Below are positions 9,489 to 19,666 of a DNA stretch of 64,000 bases, one piece after another. The notes under the pieces are model-generated. The model had not been told where the DNA came from. It saw only the letters and a list, made by a program, of their open reading frames with translations, and made no database searches. Positions within the stretch are counted from its first letter, which is position 1. Every line of letters starts with the position of its first letter. Origin of the DNA: Myxococcota bacterium (lineage in GTDB: Bacteria > Myxococcota_A > UBA9160 > UBA4427); contig JAYZFK010000094.1 in assembly GCA_036336835.1 (NCBI GenBank), positions 51,728 through 115,727 of the forward strand, in the 5' to 3' direction. Position numbers and translations under genes: made by a program.

Positions 9489-11150
9489 ATGCCGCAGGAT
9501 GAGGACTTCGATGTCTGCGTGATCGGCACCGGGGCGGGTGGCGGCGTGATGATCGACCGCCTGACGGCGGCCGGGCTGCGCGTGGTCGCGCTCGAGCGGG
9601 GACCGCAGCTGTCGCTCTCCGACTTCGACGACGACGAGCTGCGCAACGTAGTGCGCGACGAGATCTTCTCGCCCCATCAGCTCGAGACCTATCGCTTCAC
9701 CGCCACGAGTCCGAGCGAGACCGGGCGGCACAGCCAGATCGCACACTGTGTGGGCGGCACCATGACGCACTGGGCAGCCTGGTCGTGGCGCTTCCTGGAG
9801 GACGACTTCGAAGTGCTCTCGAAGGAGGGCGCAGTCGCCGGGGCGAGCCTGGCGGACTGGCCCGTCAGCTATGCCGAGATGGAGCCGTACTACGAGCTCG
9901 CCGAGCGCGACTTCGGCGTTGCCGGGAGCCAGGCGGCCAACCCGTTCGAGGCACCTCGCAAGTCGCCGTATCCGAATCCGCCGCACCCACAGCGGGTCTC
10001 CGGTCGCAAGCTGTTCGAGGGCGCGCGGAAGCTCGGCTACACACCCTTTCCCGTCCCGATGGCCATCAACTCACGCCCCCACGGCGGTCGTCCGCAGTGT
10101 TTGTACGGCGGCGCCTGCCGCGCGTACGGCTGTCCGATCCACGCGAAGGCCACGACCTTCTCGGTCTCGCTGCCACGCGCAGCGCGCACCGGCAGGCTCG
10201 AGCTGGTACCGGACGCGATGGTGTACGAGCTGCCGCTCGACGCCCACGGCCGCGTGAGCGGCGCGCGTTATCTCGACGCGGAGGGCGTGCAACACGAGGT
10301 GCGAGCGCGCCAGACGGTCGTCGCAGCCGGCACCATCGGGACGCCGCACCTGCTGCTCTCCTCGACGTCGGGTGCGTTTCCGCGCGGGCTCGCAAACTCG
10401 TCCGATCAGGTCGGGCGCAATCTCACCTTCCATCACCATCCGTCGGCACTGGCCGTGTTCGACGAAGACCTGCGGGCCTATACCGGCCTCGAGACGCACG
10501 CGGCAGTCGACGATCTGCACGCAAGCGATCCGAAGCGGGGCTTCATCCGGGGCGGCGTGATCGCCGAGCTCAACACGTTCACGCACCAGCCGATCGCCTT
10601 CTCGACACTCCTGGCGGATGCGCTGCCGTTCGGGTCGCGTTGGGGCCCGGGCCTGAAGGAGCGCATCCGAGCCTTCCCTCGCACGCTGGTGCTGGCCGCG
10701 ATCTGCGAAGAGCTGCCGATGGCCGACAGCCGCGTGGATCTCGACCCAACGGTGACCGACCGCTTCGGACTCGCCGTGCCGCGCATCACCAAGCGCCAGC
10801 ATCCCAATGACATCGCGATGTATCGCTGGTACGAGCGCAAGCTCGTCGAGCTCGCCGAGGCCACGGGGGCGACAAAGGTGGCTACGGGCCGGCTCCCGGG
10901 CATCCAAATCGATGAGACACGCGCGCAGAAGGGCAACGCCCACAATCACGGTACCTGCCGGATGGGCAGCGATCCCGAGACGTCGGTCGTCGACCGCGAT
11001 TGCCGCAGCCACGCTGTACCGAACCTGTGGGTCGTCGACGGCAGCGTGATGCCGACTAATGGTGGCTACAACCCGACGCTCACGATCCTGGCCAACGCCT
11101 ACCGCGTGGCCGACGCGTTCGTGCGCCGGGCCAAGGCGCGCCAGTCGTGA
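9489..11150 (+). CDS. GMC family FAD oxidoreductase (gluconate/2-ketogluconate dehydrogenase large-subunit-like)
   Basis: GTGAGG FAD motif, VGG, Cys motif CLYGGACRAYGCP, HNHGTCRMG, NPTLTI. Confidence 0.92.
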   Translation: MPQDEDFDVCVIGTGAGGGVMIDRLTAAGLRVVALERGPQLSLSDFDDDELRNVVRDEIFSPHQLETYRFTATSPSETGRHSQIAHCVGGTMTHWAAWSWRFLEDDFEVLSKEGAVAGASLADWPVSYAEMEPYYELAERDFGVAGSQAANPFEAPRKSPYPNPPHPQRVSGRKLFEGARKLGYTPFPVPMAINSRPHGGRPQCLYGGACRAYGCPIHAKATTFSVSLPRAARTGRLELVPDAMVYELPLDAHGRVSGARYLDAEGVQHEVRARQTVVAAGTIGTPHLLLSSTSGAFPRGLANSSDQVGRNLTFHHHPSALAVFDEDLRAYTGLETHAAVDDLHASDPKRGFIRGGVIAELNTFTHQPIAFSTLLADALPFGSRWGPGLKERIRAFPRTLVLAAICEELPMADSRVDLDPTVTDRFGLAVPRITKRQHPNDIAMYRWYERKLVELAEATGATKVATGRLPGIQIDETRAQKGNAHNHGTCRMGSDPETSVVDRDCRSHAVPNLWVVDGSVMPTNGGYNPTLTILANAYRVADAFVRRAKARQS

Positions 11151-11779
11151 GCGGCGGCGTCACACGACGCGACTTCGTGCGCGGAGGCAGCCTCTACGGG
11201 GCGGGGCTGTGGCTCTCGCTGCGGCTACCCCGACCGGCCACCGCGGCAGCCGCCGCGGCCTCGAGCGCGCCGGTGAGCTTCTCTGCGCACGAGTGGGAGA
11301 CGGTCGAGGCGATCACGAGCCGCATCCTGCCGAGCGATCACCAGCCCGGGGCGCTCGAGGCCGGCTGCGTCAACTTCATCGACAAGGCACTCGCCAACGA
11401 GGATGCGGCCGCCAGGCCGCTCTACACCGACGGACTCCAGGCGCTCGATGCGGTCTGCACCAGACGTTTTGCGAAGCCCTTCGTCGCGCTCGAGCCGGCT
11501 CAGCGCGACGGCGTCCTGGCCGCCCTCGAAACCGGCAGTGCGACCGACTGGCCGCTCACCGAGTTGCCGTCGCCGCTCTTCTTCGAAACGCTCCGCCTGC
11601 ACACGATCGTCGGCTTCCTCGCGGACCCCGAGTACGGCGGCAATCGCGACTACGCAGGCTGGCGCGTGAGCGGGTACCCCGGCCCGCGCCACCGCCTCGG
11701 AGGCTACCTGCCCGAGCAGCTGGCCGGCACGGCGCCGATCGTTCCCGTGTGGCAGCGCGAGCAGCGCAAAGCCCGGTAA
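11147..11779 (+). CDS. Gluconate 2-dehydrogenase subunit 3 family protein with Tat signal
   Basis: TRRDFV twin-arginine motif, PGALEAG..FID, DPEYGGNR..GW..GYPGP; overlaps the GMC stop. Confidence 0.9.
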   Translation: MSGGVTRRDFVRGGSLYGAGLWLSLRLPRPATAAAAAASSAPVSFSAHEWETVEAITSRILPSDHQPGALEAGCVNFIDKALANEDAAARPLYTDGLQALDAVCTRRFAKPFVALEPAQRDGVLAALETGSATDWPLTELPSPLFFETLRLHTIVGFLADPEYGGNRDYAGWRVSGYPGPRHRLGGYLPEQLAGTAPIVPVWQREQRKAR

Positions 11780-11848
11780 TCCGCTGCTCCGTGGCGATTC
11801 CGAGCTGGCGTCGAACCGATCGCTATGTCCATTGGAGGCCGACGCGGC

Positions 11849-13363
11849 CTAGCGAGCGCGTTCGAAGGCTTGCCGTGAGATGGGTCCCGTGAGCGCACCG
11901 AGCGGCTCACGGACCCACCAGGCGCCGTCCGCCTGTGGCTCGCCCCAGCGGCTGAAGCGGTAGCGGTAGACGACGAAGCGAAGCTCGTCGGGGGGCGCGT
12001 CGCCGAAGGGACCGTCGGCGAGCAGTGCTCGGACCTCGCGGCTCCCTTCCAGCAGGCGGTGAGCGAGCGGAAGCAACCAGTTCTCGTGGCGCCGCGGGTT
12101 GAGCGCGGCAAACCACATCTGCCAATCGAGACGCGGCTGGTGGGGCGCCACGAAGCGCGGGGCCTCGCCGGGCGGACCTGCCTTCCAGCGGAAGCGATAT
12201 TCGACCCAGTCGCCGCCCGCTCGACGACCCTCGATGGCGATCTCCGGGCGCTCAGTCGACATCGTGCGGAACAGGCCGTAGCCGTTCACGCTGCGAAAGG
12301 GCCGCGCCCAGCCAACCAGCGGCTCCGACCAGGCGAGCGGGCGGCTCCCGCCCGGAGCACGCGGCACCGTGTATGCGATCTCGCGCGCAAAGGCCAGGGC
12401 CGAGAGCGGCACCAGCACGATCGCCGCCACGACCCGCAGATCGGTCGCCCAGCGCGGCGCCGGCCCGGGATCGTGTGATCGACGAGCGCCAAAGCGTGCC
12501 GGCAGCAACCAGCGCCAGACATCGTCGTCGAGCAGCGAGAGGCAGAGCACGATCGTCAGTCCGTTGAAGAAGCCATAGTTGCCCGTTGCAGCGATCGCCA
12601 GCTGGAACGACACCATCACCGCGCACCCGGCCCGGCGCAGCCAGCGATGGCGAGCCGGTGCGAAGATCGCGAACGGCGCGACCAGCTCCGCCAGCCACAT
12701 GAACGCGAGCGATCCGAGCTGGATCGCAGCCGGGAGCTGGTGCGCGTACCAGCTCGTCCAGCTCGGTAGCGGCTGCGTCTCGTAGTGGAAGGCCAGGGCG
12801 CTGCCGTTGACCCAGGTCGGATCAGCGCTCACGAGCTTGGTAATGCCGGACAGGAACATCAGCTTGAACAGCAGCAGCCACAGGAGCCAGCGCACTAGAT
12901 CCGACACCCGCTGCTCGGCCAGCCCCCCGCGGCCCAGCGTCGTGGGAGCGAACAAGGCGGCGAGCAGGCCGGTTTCGAGCAGCAGTGTGTCCCACTGGAA
13001 GTGGAGAAACACCTGCCCGACGACGGTCAACGACAGGTAGAACAGCCACAGCAGCAGCAGGCAGAGCATCGGAGCGATTCCCGCGATCAGCAGCAGCGAG
13101 AGACCGACCCCGCCCCACGCGAGCGCGAGCAGGAAGCCGTCGCTGGCCGAAAGCCAGCAGAGGGTCGGCAGCAGCCGATAGGCACGCGCGCCCTCACCGC
13201 GTCGCGCGCTCTCGAGATATTCGGCTGCCGGCAGGATGCCGCTCTCGCCCACCAGCCCGACGATCTGCACGGCCAGCGAAGCGAAGGCAACCGCGTAGAC
13301 GATGCCGAGCGCGCGCAGGAACACGCTGCGCATCAGCTCGTAACGGGACACCGGCGGAGGCAT
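11849..13363 (-). CDS. Lipase maturation factor (LMF) family membrane protein
   Basis: FLRALG, GQVFLHFQWDTLLLETG, HYETQPLP, TGNYGFFN, YGLF, PHQPRLDWQMWFAA. Confidence 0.93.
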   Translation of the reverse strand: MPPPVSRYELMRSVFLRALGIVYAVAFASLAVQIVGLVGESGILPAAEYLESARRGEGARAYRLLPTLCWLSASDGFLLALAWGGVGLSLLLIAGIAPMLCLLLLWLFYLSLTVVGQVFLHFQWDTLLLETGLLAALFAPTTLGRGGLAEQRVSDLVRWLLWLLLFKLMFLSGITKLVSADPTWVNGSALAFHYETQPLPSWTSWYAHQLPAAIQLGSLAFMWLAELVAPFAIFAPARHRWLRRAGCAVMVSFQLAIAATGNYGFFNGLTIVLCLSLLDDDVWRWLLPARFGARRSHDPGPAPRWATDLRVVAAIVLVPLSALAFAREIAYTVPRAPGGSRPLAWSEPLVGWARPFRSVNGYGLFRTMSTERPEIAIEGRRAGGDWVEYRFRWKAGPPGEAPRFVAPHQPRLDWQMWFAALNPRRHENWLLPLAHRLLEGSREVRALLADGPFGDAPPDELRFVVYRYRFSRWGEPQADGAWWVREPLGALTGPISRQAFERAR

Positions 13364-13522
13364 CGAGGAGACGGTACCGGAAGAACGGAACCGCCTGGTC
13401 CTTGGCGATCGCGTCGCGAATCCAAATCCTCGGGTTCGCACCAGCGGGCCTGTGCTACGAGATGAGCATCGGCAGCCGGCGGACCGGCGACCCGCTCGTT
13501 CGCGCCGGCCGCGCAGCCCGCA

Positions 13523-14842
13523 TCAACGCGCCGATGTCCTGACACTCGCACGCCTGGCGAGCTCGCGCGCGAGCGCCAGCGCCTCTTCCCGGTTCGCGAG
13601 CGTTCCGTCGAGGTAGGCGGCACGCACCCGGGCGAGCACGCGGCCGATGGCATCTCCCTCCAGTCCGAGCTCGACCAGATCCGTGCCCGTCAACGACGGC
13701 CGGCGACCCCGATCCTCGGCCGCCCAGCGAACGATCCGACGTCGCAACGCAGGCGCGGCGAACGCGTGAAGGGCGATCACCTGATCTTCGTCCAGCTCGC
13801 CCAGGACCGAGTCGACGGCACCTCGCCCGCGCGCGCGAGAGACGTGCCGGATGGTGCGGTCGCGCAGCTTGCGAAAGCCGCTGATTCGCGCTGCGGTCTC
13901 TCCGCGTACCGAGAGCCGGTCGAGCGCGCGTTTGCGCAAGGCCGGCGACAGCTCAGCCAGCCACAGCGCCAGCCCAGAGACCCAGGGCCGGTGGCGAGCG
14001 AAGCGCCACGGCGGATCCGCGATCGACCGACCGAGCCGGCGCAGCGGTGTCAGCGCCGGCCGCGGCAACGCGAGCCCCGGCTCGAGCGCACCCAGCACGT
14101 GCCAGCCCTCGAGCAGCCGGAGCGCTGCCACTGGATCGAGCCCGAGCGTCGCGTCCGAAAACAGCTTCTCGAACTCGCGTCGGAAGCGGTCCCCGCTGAC
14201 CCCGCCAAAGGCGCCGTCCCGCATGGCATCGCTCAGCGCCGAGCGGGTTTCCCGCGCGAGCTTGAAACCGAGCCGCGGAGCCAGCCGCGCGGCCCGCAAC
14301 GAACGCGTCGGATCGTCGTGAAAGCTACGGCTGTGCAGCGCGGTGAGCCGCTTCTCGCGCAGATCGAGCAGCGCCCCGGGCACGGCTTCGACCGGCGCAC
14401 GCGACGGATCCTCGACACCACAAAGCGGCAGCGCCAGCGCGTTCGCCCGGAAATCGCGCCGTTCGAGATCCTCGGCGAGCGTCGCGGGCTCGACGGTAGG
14501 CAGAGCACCCGGCCGCGCGTACGTCTCGCGACGAGCGATCGCAATGTCGAGATCGACCTCCGCCCCGCGCAGCTCGAACGTCCCGAAGCGATCGTGCTTC
14601 ACGACCTGTAACCCGTCGATCTCGAGGCCGCGCGCGATCCGCTCGACCGCACCCGCGTGGTCGACCTCGACGAGCAGATCGAGATCACGCACCCGCCGCC
14701 GCAGCCATAAGTCGCGCACGGGCCCGCCTACCGCGTAGAGGGTAGCCCCCTCGGCAGAGACGCCTTCGCACAACGCTTCGACGAGCGCCTCTTGTGCCGG
14801 CGGAAGCGCGGCGAGCAGCAGCCGCACGTCCATCCTGGCCAC
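13523..14842 (-). CDS. Class II tRNA nucleotidyltransferase (CCA/polyA polymerase family), probably A-adding type
   Basis: VGGPVRD..DLD, ARRETYARPGALP, EDLERRDF, SFHDDPTR. Confidence 0.85.
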   Translation of the reverse strand: MARMDVRLLLAALPPAQEALVEALCEGVSAEGATLYAVGGPVRDLWLRRRVRDLDLLVEVDHAGAVERIARGLEIDGLQVVKHDRFGTFELRGAEVDLDIAIARRETYARPGALPTVEPATLAEDLERRDFRANALALPLCGVEDPSRAPVEAVPGALLDLREKRLTALHSRSFHDDPTRSLRAARLAPRLGFKLARETRSALSDAMRDGAFGGVSGDRFRREFEKLFSDATLGLDPVAALRLLEGWHVLGALEPGLALPRPALTPLRRLGRSIADPPWRFARHRPWVSGLALWLAELSPALRKRALDRLSVRGETAARISGFRKLRDRTIRHVSRARGRGAVDSVLGELDEDQVIALHAFAAPALRRRIVRWAAEDRGRRPSLTGTDLVELGLEGDAIGRVLARVRAAYLDGTLANREEALALARELARRASVRTSAR

Positions 14843-15775
14843 TCAAGCCCCCGTCCGGCGCCGGCGCCTTCGCCGGCCCCCGCCGCGCGGGTGGCGGGCA
14901 TCGACGGTCTCGCGCAGGTGCCGGCGGCTGACGTGCGTGTAGATCTGCGTCGTCGAGAGGTCGGTGTGGCCCAGCATCGCTTGCACCGAACGAAGGTCAG
15001 CGCCCCCTTCGAGCAGATCGGTCGCAAATGCGTGTCGCAGCACGTGCGGGGAGACGCGCGCCGGGTCCAGGCCAGCGCGGATTGCGAGCCCACGCAGGCG
15101 CCCAAAGAAGTTCTGACGCGACATGACCCCGCCGCGCCGCGTGAGGAACAAGGCGTCGTTCTGTCGCTTGCCCACCAACTGCGGCCGCGCGTCGCGAAGA
15201 TAGTCCTCGCAGGCAAGGAGCGCGGCCTCGCCGAGTGGCACCAGTCGCTCCTTGCTGCCCTTGCCCCGCACGCGAACCAGACCACCGCGTCGGTCCAGTC
15301 CGGCCAGGGGAAGACCGATCAGCTCGCTGACCCGCAGCCCCGCACCGTAGAGCACCTCGAGCATGGCCCGGTCGCGAGCGCCAAGCGGCGTCGTGCTGTC
15401 GACCGCGGCGATCAACACCGCACTCTCCTCGGGCCCGAGCGTCCGCGGCAGGTTCCGCGCCAGGCGCGGACTGTGGATGCCTTCGAGCAGGTCGTCCTCG
15501 AGCATGTGCTCCTGCTCGGCAAACCGCAGGAAGCGACGCAGCGACACGAGCGCCCGCGCGCGGCTGCGCGCGGCGAGCCCGGCGGCCTCGAGCTCGTCCA
15601 GATAGGCGGTCACGTGCTCGGCTCGCAGCGAAGCCACCGTGCCCGTGCCCCTGGCCATCGTCCCCGACACGAAGCGCGCCAGATCCCGAGAATAGGCCGC
15701 GACCGTGTGGCGAGAGAGCCCGCGTTCGAGCAGGACATGCTGGAGGAAGGCATCGACCGCCGCGTCGAGAGTCAC
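14843..15775 (-). CDS. xerD: Site-specific tyrosine recombinase XerD
   Basis: ERGLSRHT..AY..DL, RDRAMLEVLYGAGLRVSEL, GKGSKERLVP, SPHVLRHAFAT, LGH..LSTTQIYTHV. Confidence 0.9.
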   Translation of the reverse strand: MTLDAAVDAFLQHVLLERGLSRHTVAAYSRDLARFVSGTMARGTGTVASLRAEHVTAYLDELEAAGLAARSRARALVSLRRFLRFAEQEHMLEDDLLEGIHSPRLARNLPRTLGPEESAVLIAAVDSTTPLGARDRAMLEVLYGAGLRVSELIGLPLAGLDRRGGLVRVRGKGSKERLVPLGEAALLACEDYLRDARPQLVGKRQNDALFLTRRGGVMSRQNFFGRLRGLAIRAGLDPARVSPHVLRHAFATDLLEGGADLRSVQAMLGHTDLSTTQIYTHVSRRHLRETVDARHPRGGGRRRRRRRTGA

Positions 15776-15776
15776 C

Positions 15777-18503
15777 TCAGCCACCGGAATCGCCCAGTGG
15801 GCTCTCGATGGCCGCGAGGAGCGCGTCACGAAGTGGCCCGAGTTGCTCGGGCGTCAGCTTGGCACCATCTCGAGCACGCACGTAGAACGTATCAGCCACC
15901 TGGTCGCGGATCGTCGCCGCCTTCGAAACGAAGATCTCGACCTCGCAATCGCCCAGGGTCCGCGTCAGGTCGTACAGCAGGCCGATCCGATCGTCCGCAG
16001 TGACGTCCACGAGTGTGTAGAAGTCGGACTCGGCGTTGGTCACGATGACGCTCGGCGCGTTGCGGGTCGGCAGCGACAACCCCCGGCGCCGCCGGTTGAG
16101 CAGTAGCGCAGCGACATCGGACTCTCCCCGAAGCACGCATTCGAGCGTCGCGGCGAACTCTTCTCGCACGAGCTCCCGCTCCCCCTCCCCGCCGGGCGGC
16201 GTAGTCAGGCGGTAGACCTCCAGCGCAAGCCCACCGCGCAGGGTGTAGACGTGAGAGCCGAGGATGTTCAACGTCGCCGCAGTCAGTGCCCCGGCCACTT
16301 GCGAATAGAGCCCCGGGACGTCGCGAGCACACACGATGAACTCGGTAAATCCACCGCGCATCTCGCGAAACCCGGTCCCGCAGACCTGCTCGGGCCGATA
16401 CTTCAGGACGACCTGCGCATGACGCGCGATCTGTCGCGGCGTGTGGGAGACGAAGTAGCGCCGCGGCAACGCTGCAAAGTAGGCCTCGACCTGCTCCTCG
16501 CCGACCCCGTGCTCGCGGAGCTCGCTGATCGCACCCTCGCGCCGCGTCTCGACGCGCTTCTCGATCAACTCGAGTGCCTTCGAGGAGTCCTCGGCGCCCG
16601 TCTCGAGGAGCTCTGAGCTGCGCTCGAATAGCTCGCGCAGCAAATCGCCCTTCCAATCGTTCCAGGCGTCGCGCGACGACGCCCGAATATCCGCAAACGT
16701 GCACAGATACAGATTGCGCAGGTTCACCCGGTCCCCACACAGCCGCGCAAAATCCGAGATCAGCTTCGGATCCGACAGGTCGCGGCGCTGCGCAAGGTGC
16801 GACATCAGCAGATGATGCTCCACCAGGAACAGCACTCGCTCGCTCCGCTCCGGCGCGAGGCCCAAGCGCTCGATACAGACCCGCGCTCGCAGCACTCCCT
16901 TGGCAGAGTGGTCCCCGCCAAACCCCTTGCCGATGTCGTGCAGCAGACAGCCGAGGTACAACGCCTCGATATCGTCGACTTCGCGCACCAGAGCCGCCAG
17001 CTCCGAAAGGCTCTCCTCATGCTTGCCACGCCAGAGCCGGCGCAACTCTTCGACCAGGAAGATCGAGTGAACATCGACCGTATAGGTGTGATAGATCACG
17101 TGCTGCCAGCGACAGAAGATGTGCTCCCACTCCGGCAGATAGGCACCCAGAAGCCCGACGTCGTTCATCGCCATCAGTGTCCGCATCACGCGCTGCTCGG
17201 CGGACAGGATCTGCAGGAACAGTCGTGCGCACTCCGGATCGTGCTGAAAGCGCTCGTCCACCAGCTCGAGCGACTCCCGGATCCAGCGCGTCGCGATGCG
17301 CGAGAGCGGCACGCCCCACTGCTGCGCGACCACGAAGGCGCGAAGCAGTCGGCGCGGATCGTCACGCAGATGCGAGGCGTGCGGAAGCTCGAGGTACCCG
17401 GCCACGAGACGGAAGCCGTCGATCGTATCGAGCACCTCTGGGGGGCCCTGCCTCGGCGCGACGCGGGCCTCGCTGAGATCGAGCACCAGCTCCGAGTAGT
17501 TCTGAATCGTGCGAGCCTGTCGATAGTAGTCCCGCATGAAACGCTCTACTGGCAGCTCGATGTCTACCTCGTCCGACGGCGAGTCGTCGCGACTGCCGTA
17601 CCCCAGCGACTCGGCGATCCTCTCCTGCAGCTCGAAACTCATCTGGTCGTTGCACCGCCCGGAGATCCGGTGCAACTCGTTCCGCGTACGCCACAGAAAA
17701 TCGAGCGCGCCGTGCAGCTCGGCGATCTCCAGCTCGGTCAACAGCCCGAAGTAGAGCCAGTCGTCGAGATCGCGCACCGAGGGCTGCGCGCCGCGCGTTG
17801 CCCAGTAGGCGGCGTGATAATCGCGCAGCCCACCCGCACCCTCCTTGACGTTCGGCTGCAGCAGGAACAGCGACTCACCGTAGCGCTCGTGTCGAGCGCG
17901 CATGCCCGCACGCCGCTCAGCGACGAAAGCTGCCACGTCCGGCAGGAGTTCCGAACGGATCGTATCTGCGAAGACGTGGAAGAACTCGCCGTCGCCGCAC
18001 AGGAAGCGCGCCATCAGCACGCCGGTACGAACGGTCTCGTCCGCTCGGCCGAGCTCGATCGTCTCGGCGATCGTGCGCGTCGCGCATCCGACCGTCAGGC
18101 CCGCGTCCCACATCCAGTACAGCAATCGCTCAGCAATCTGTGCGACATAGGGCGTGAGCGCGTCGCGGTACAGTACCAGTAGATCGATGTCCGAGTAGAT
18201 CGACATCTCGCGCCGGGCGTAGCCGCCGACCGCAACCACGGCGACTCCCGTATCGAGCTCGCCGCCCTCGACCAGAATGCTCTCCTCGGCGAGCGCAAAC
18301 AGGCGCCGGACCATCCGATCGGTGAGATCCGAGTTCGACTCGTTGACGACGCGCCCGGACTTCTGCTCGCGCTGCAGCCGCTCGAGGTACTCGCGGGTCT
18401 CGGCACGATACGAGCGAACCGCTTCGACCACTGCGCGCGACTCCCGTCCGACGGGACGCGGGATCTCGCCCAGCCAGCGATCGATCGTAGGCGCGCGGTT
18501 CAC
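15777..18503 (-). CDS. glnD: [Protein-PII] uridylyltransferase
   Basis: AVGGYAR...SDIDL, PNVKEGAGGLRD, HTYTVDVH, LLHDIGKG, two C-terminal ACT domains (DRIGLL). Confidence 0.95.
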   Translation of the reverse strand: MNRAPTIDRWLGEIPRPVGRESRAVVEAVRSYRAETREYLERLQREQKSGRVVNESNSDLTDRMVRRLFALAEESILVEGGELDTGVAVVAVGGYARREMSIYSDIDLLVLYRDALTPYVAQIAERLLYWMWDAGLTVGCATRTIAETIELGRADETVRTGVLMARFLCGDGEFFHVFADTIRSELLPDVAAFVAERRAGMRARHERYGESLFLLQPNVKEGAGGLRDYHAAYWATRGAQPSVRDLDDWLYFGLLTELEIAELHGALDFLWRTRNELHRISGRCNDQMSFELQERIAESLGYGSRDDSPSDEVDIELPVERFMRDYYRQARTIQNYSELVLDLSEARVAPRQGPPEVLDTIDGFRLVAGYLELPHASHLRDDPRRLLRAFVVAQQWGVPLSRIATRWIRESLELVDERFQHDPECARLFLQILSAEQRVMRTLMAMNDVGLLGAYLPEWEHIFCRWQHVIYHTYTVDVHSIFLVEELRRLWRGKHEESLSELAALVREVDDIEALYLGCLLHDIGKGFGGDHSAKGVLRARVCIERLGLAPERSERVLFLVEHHLLMSHLAQRRDLSDPKLISDFARLCGDRVNLRNLYLCTFADIRASSRDAWNDWKGDLLRELFERSSELLETGAEDSSKALELIEKRVETRREGAISELREHGVGEEQVEAYFAALPRRYFVSHTPRQIARHAQVVLKYRPEQVCGTGFREMRGGFTEFIVCARDVPGLYSQVAGALTAATLNILGSHVYTLRGGLALEVYRLTTPPGGEGERELVREEFAATLECVLRGESDVAALLLNRRRRGLSLPTRNAPSVIVTNAESDFYTLVDVTADDRIGLLYDLTRTLGDCEVEIFVSKAATIRDQVADTFYVRARDGAKLTPEQLGPLRDALLAAIESPLGDSGG

Positions 18504-19666
18504 GGGCGCGTGCCCGCCACGCGGAGCCCGATCTTTTCGCGGTACCGCTCGATGCCCTGAGCGATCCGGTCGGCCAGTAGATCGAGGTAAAGATCGCTTG
18601 CGAGCAACTTCGCATCCTGGCGGTTCGTCAGGAATCCCGCCTCGACCAGGATCGAAGGCATGCTCGACAGGAACAACACATAGAATGGCCCCTTCTTGAC
18701 CCCGAGATCCGGCATCGATCGCGTGCGGCGGTTGCGCGACAGCCCGTTGACGATGTCCTCGTGGACGACGCTTGCGAGCGTCCTCGAATGGGCACCCGTC
18801 TCCGAGACGCGTAGCTTGGCCAACGTCCTCTGCAGGCTATCGAGCTCGCCGCGGGGCACGTCGTTCTCGCGCGCCGCGACCTCGAGGCTGTGCCGCTCGT
18901 GATCCTCGTCGAGGTAATAGATCTCGATCCCGCGCGTCCCGCGGCGCGAGGAGGCGTTGGTGTGGATCGAGACGAACACGTCGCCGCCCGCGGACTCCGC
19001 GAGAACGGTGCGCTGCTCGAGGTCGAGGTAGCGGTCATCGCGGCGCGTCATCGCGACTTCGAAATCACGCGCCGCAAGGCTCGAGGCGAGCCGTTTCGCG
19101 AGCTTGAGGTTGATATCCTTCTCGCGCACGCCGCCTAGACCGATCGCACCCGGGTCGCGTCCGCCGTGACCCGGGTCGACTACCACCTTGCGGATGCTGC
19201 GCAGCGCAAGACCCGGCCGAGCGTCGGCAGGCTTGCGCCCCACGCTCTTGCGCGGCCCGTATACGTCCACGACGACTCGGTCGGGAGACCGCAGCGTGAG
19301 CAGCCTGTGGCGGTCGTAGCGCTCGAGATCGATCACGAGCCGCGTGGTCCGCAGGGTGTTCTGGCCGACGCGCACGCCCCGCAGCAGACCATCGCCGACC
19401 GCGATCCCGTCCTGATAGCTGCGCCCGACCCAGATCCCCTGAAGATCGACATAGAGCCGCGCCGGCTTGCCGGCCGACCGGTCCGCCCCGAGCCGTCGGA
19501 CCTCGACCTCGACGGGCCGCGTGAGCTCCACCACGACACGCGTGAACTCCTCGTGCGACCAGGTTCGCACGTCGCGCACGTCACCCAGGCCGCGCGGGCG
19601 CTCGACGGCCAGCATCAGCGGCAGCAGCATCACCAGCAGAGCGATCAGGCCAGCCCGCGCCCTCAC
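18500..19666 (-). CDS. amiC: N-acetylmuramoyl-L-alanine amidase (AMIN + Amidase_3)
   Basis: Signal peptide, AMIN-like repeats, VVVDPGHGGRDPGA, FVSIHTN, PSILVEAGF. Confidence 0.9.
   Translation of the reverse strand: MRARAGLIALLVMLLPLMLAVERPRGLGDVRDVRTWSHEEFTRVVVELTRPVEVEVRRLGADRSAGKPARLYVDLQGIWVGRSYQDGIAVGDGLLRGVRVGQNTLRTTRLVIDLERYDRHRLLTLRSPDRVVVDVYGPRKSVGRKPADARPGLALRSIRKVVVDPGHGGRDPGAIGLGGVREKDINLKLAKRLASSLAARDFEVAMTRRDDRYLDLEQRTVLAESAGGDVFVSIHTNASSRRGTRGIEIYYLDEDHERHSLEVAARENDVPRGELDSLQRTLAKLRVSETGAHSRTLASVVHEDIVNGLSRNRRTRSMPDLGVKKGPFYVLFLSSMPSILVEAGFLTNRQDAKLLASDLYLDLLADRIAQGIERYREKIGLRVAGTRP

Noticed and set aside
13462..13542. Short plus-strand ORF MSIGSRRTGDPLVRAGRAARINAPMS after a TGCTACGA motif
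   Set aside because: No coding features, and it overlaps the end of the nucleotidyltransferase gene on the opposite strand.
14843..15775. Tyrosine recombinase as the integrase of a mobile element
   Set aside because: Typical XerD sequence embedded in a housekeeping run; no att repeats, phage genes or compositional shift.
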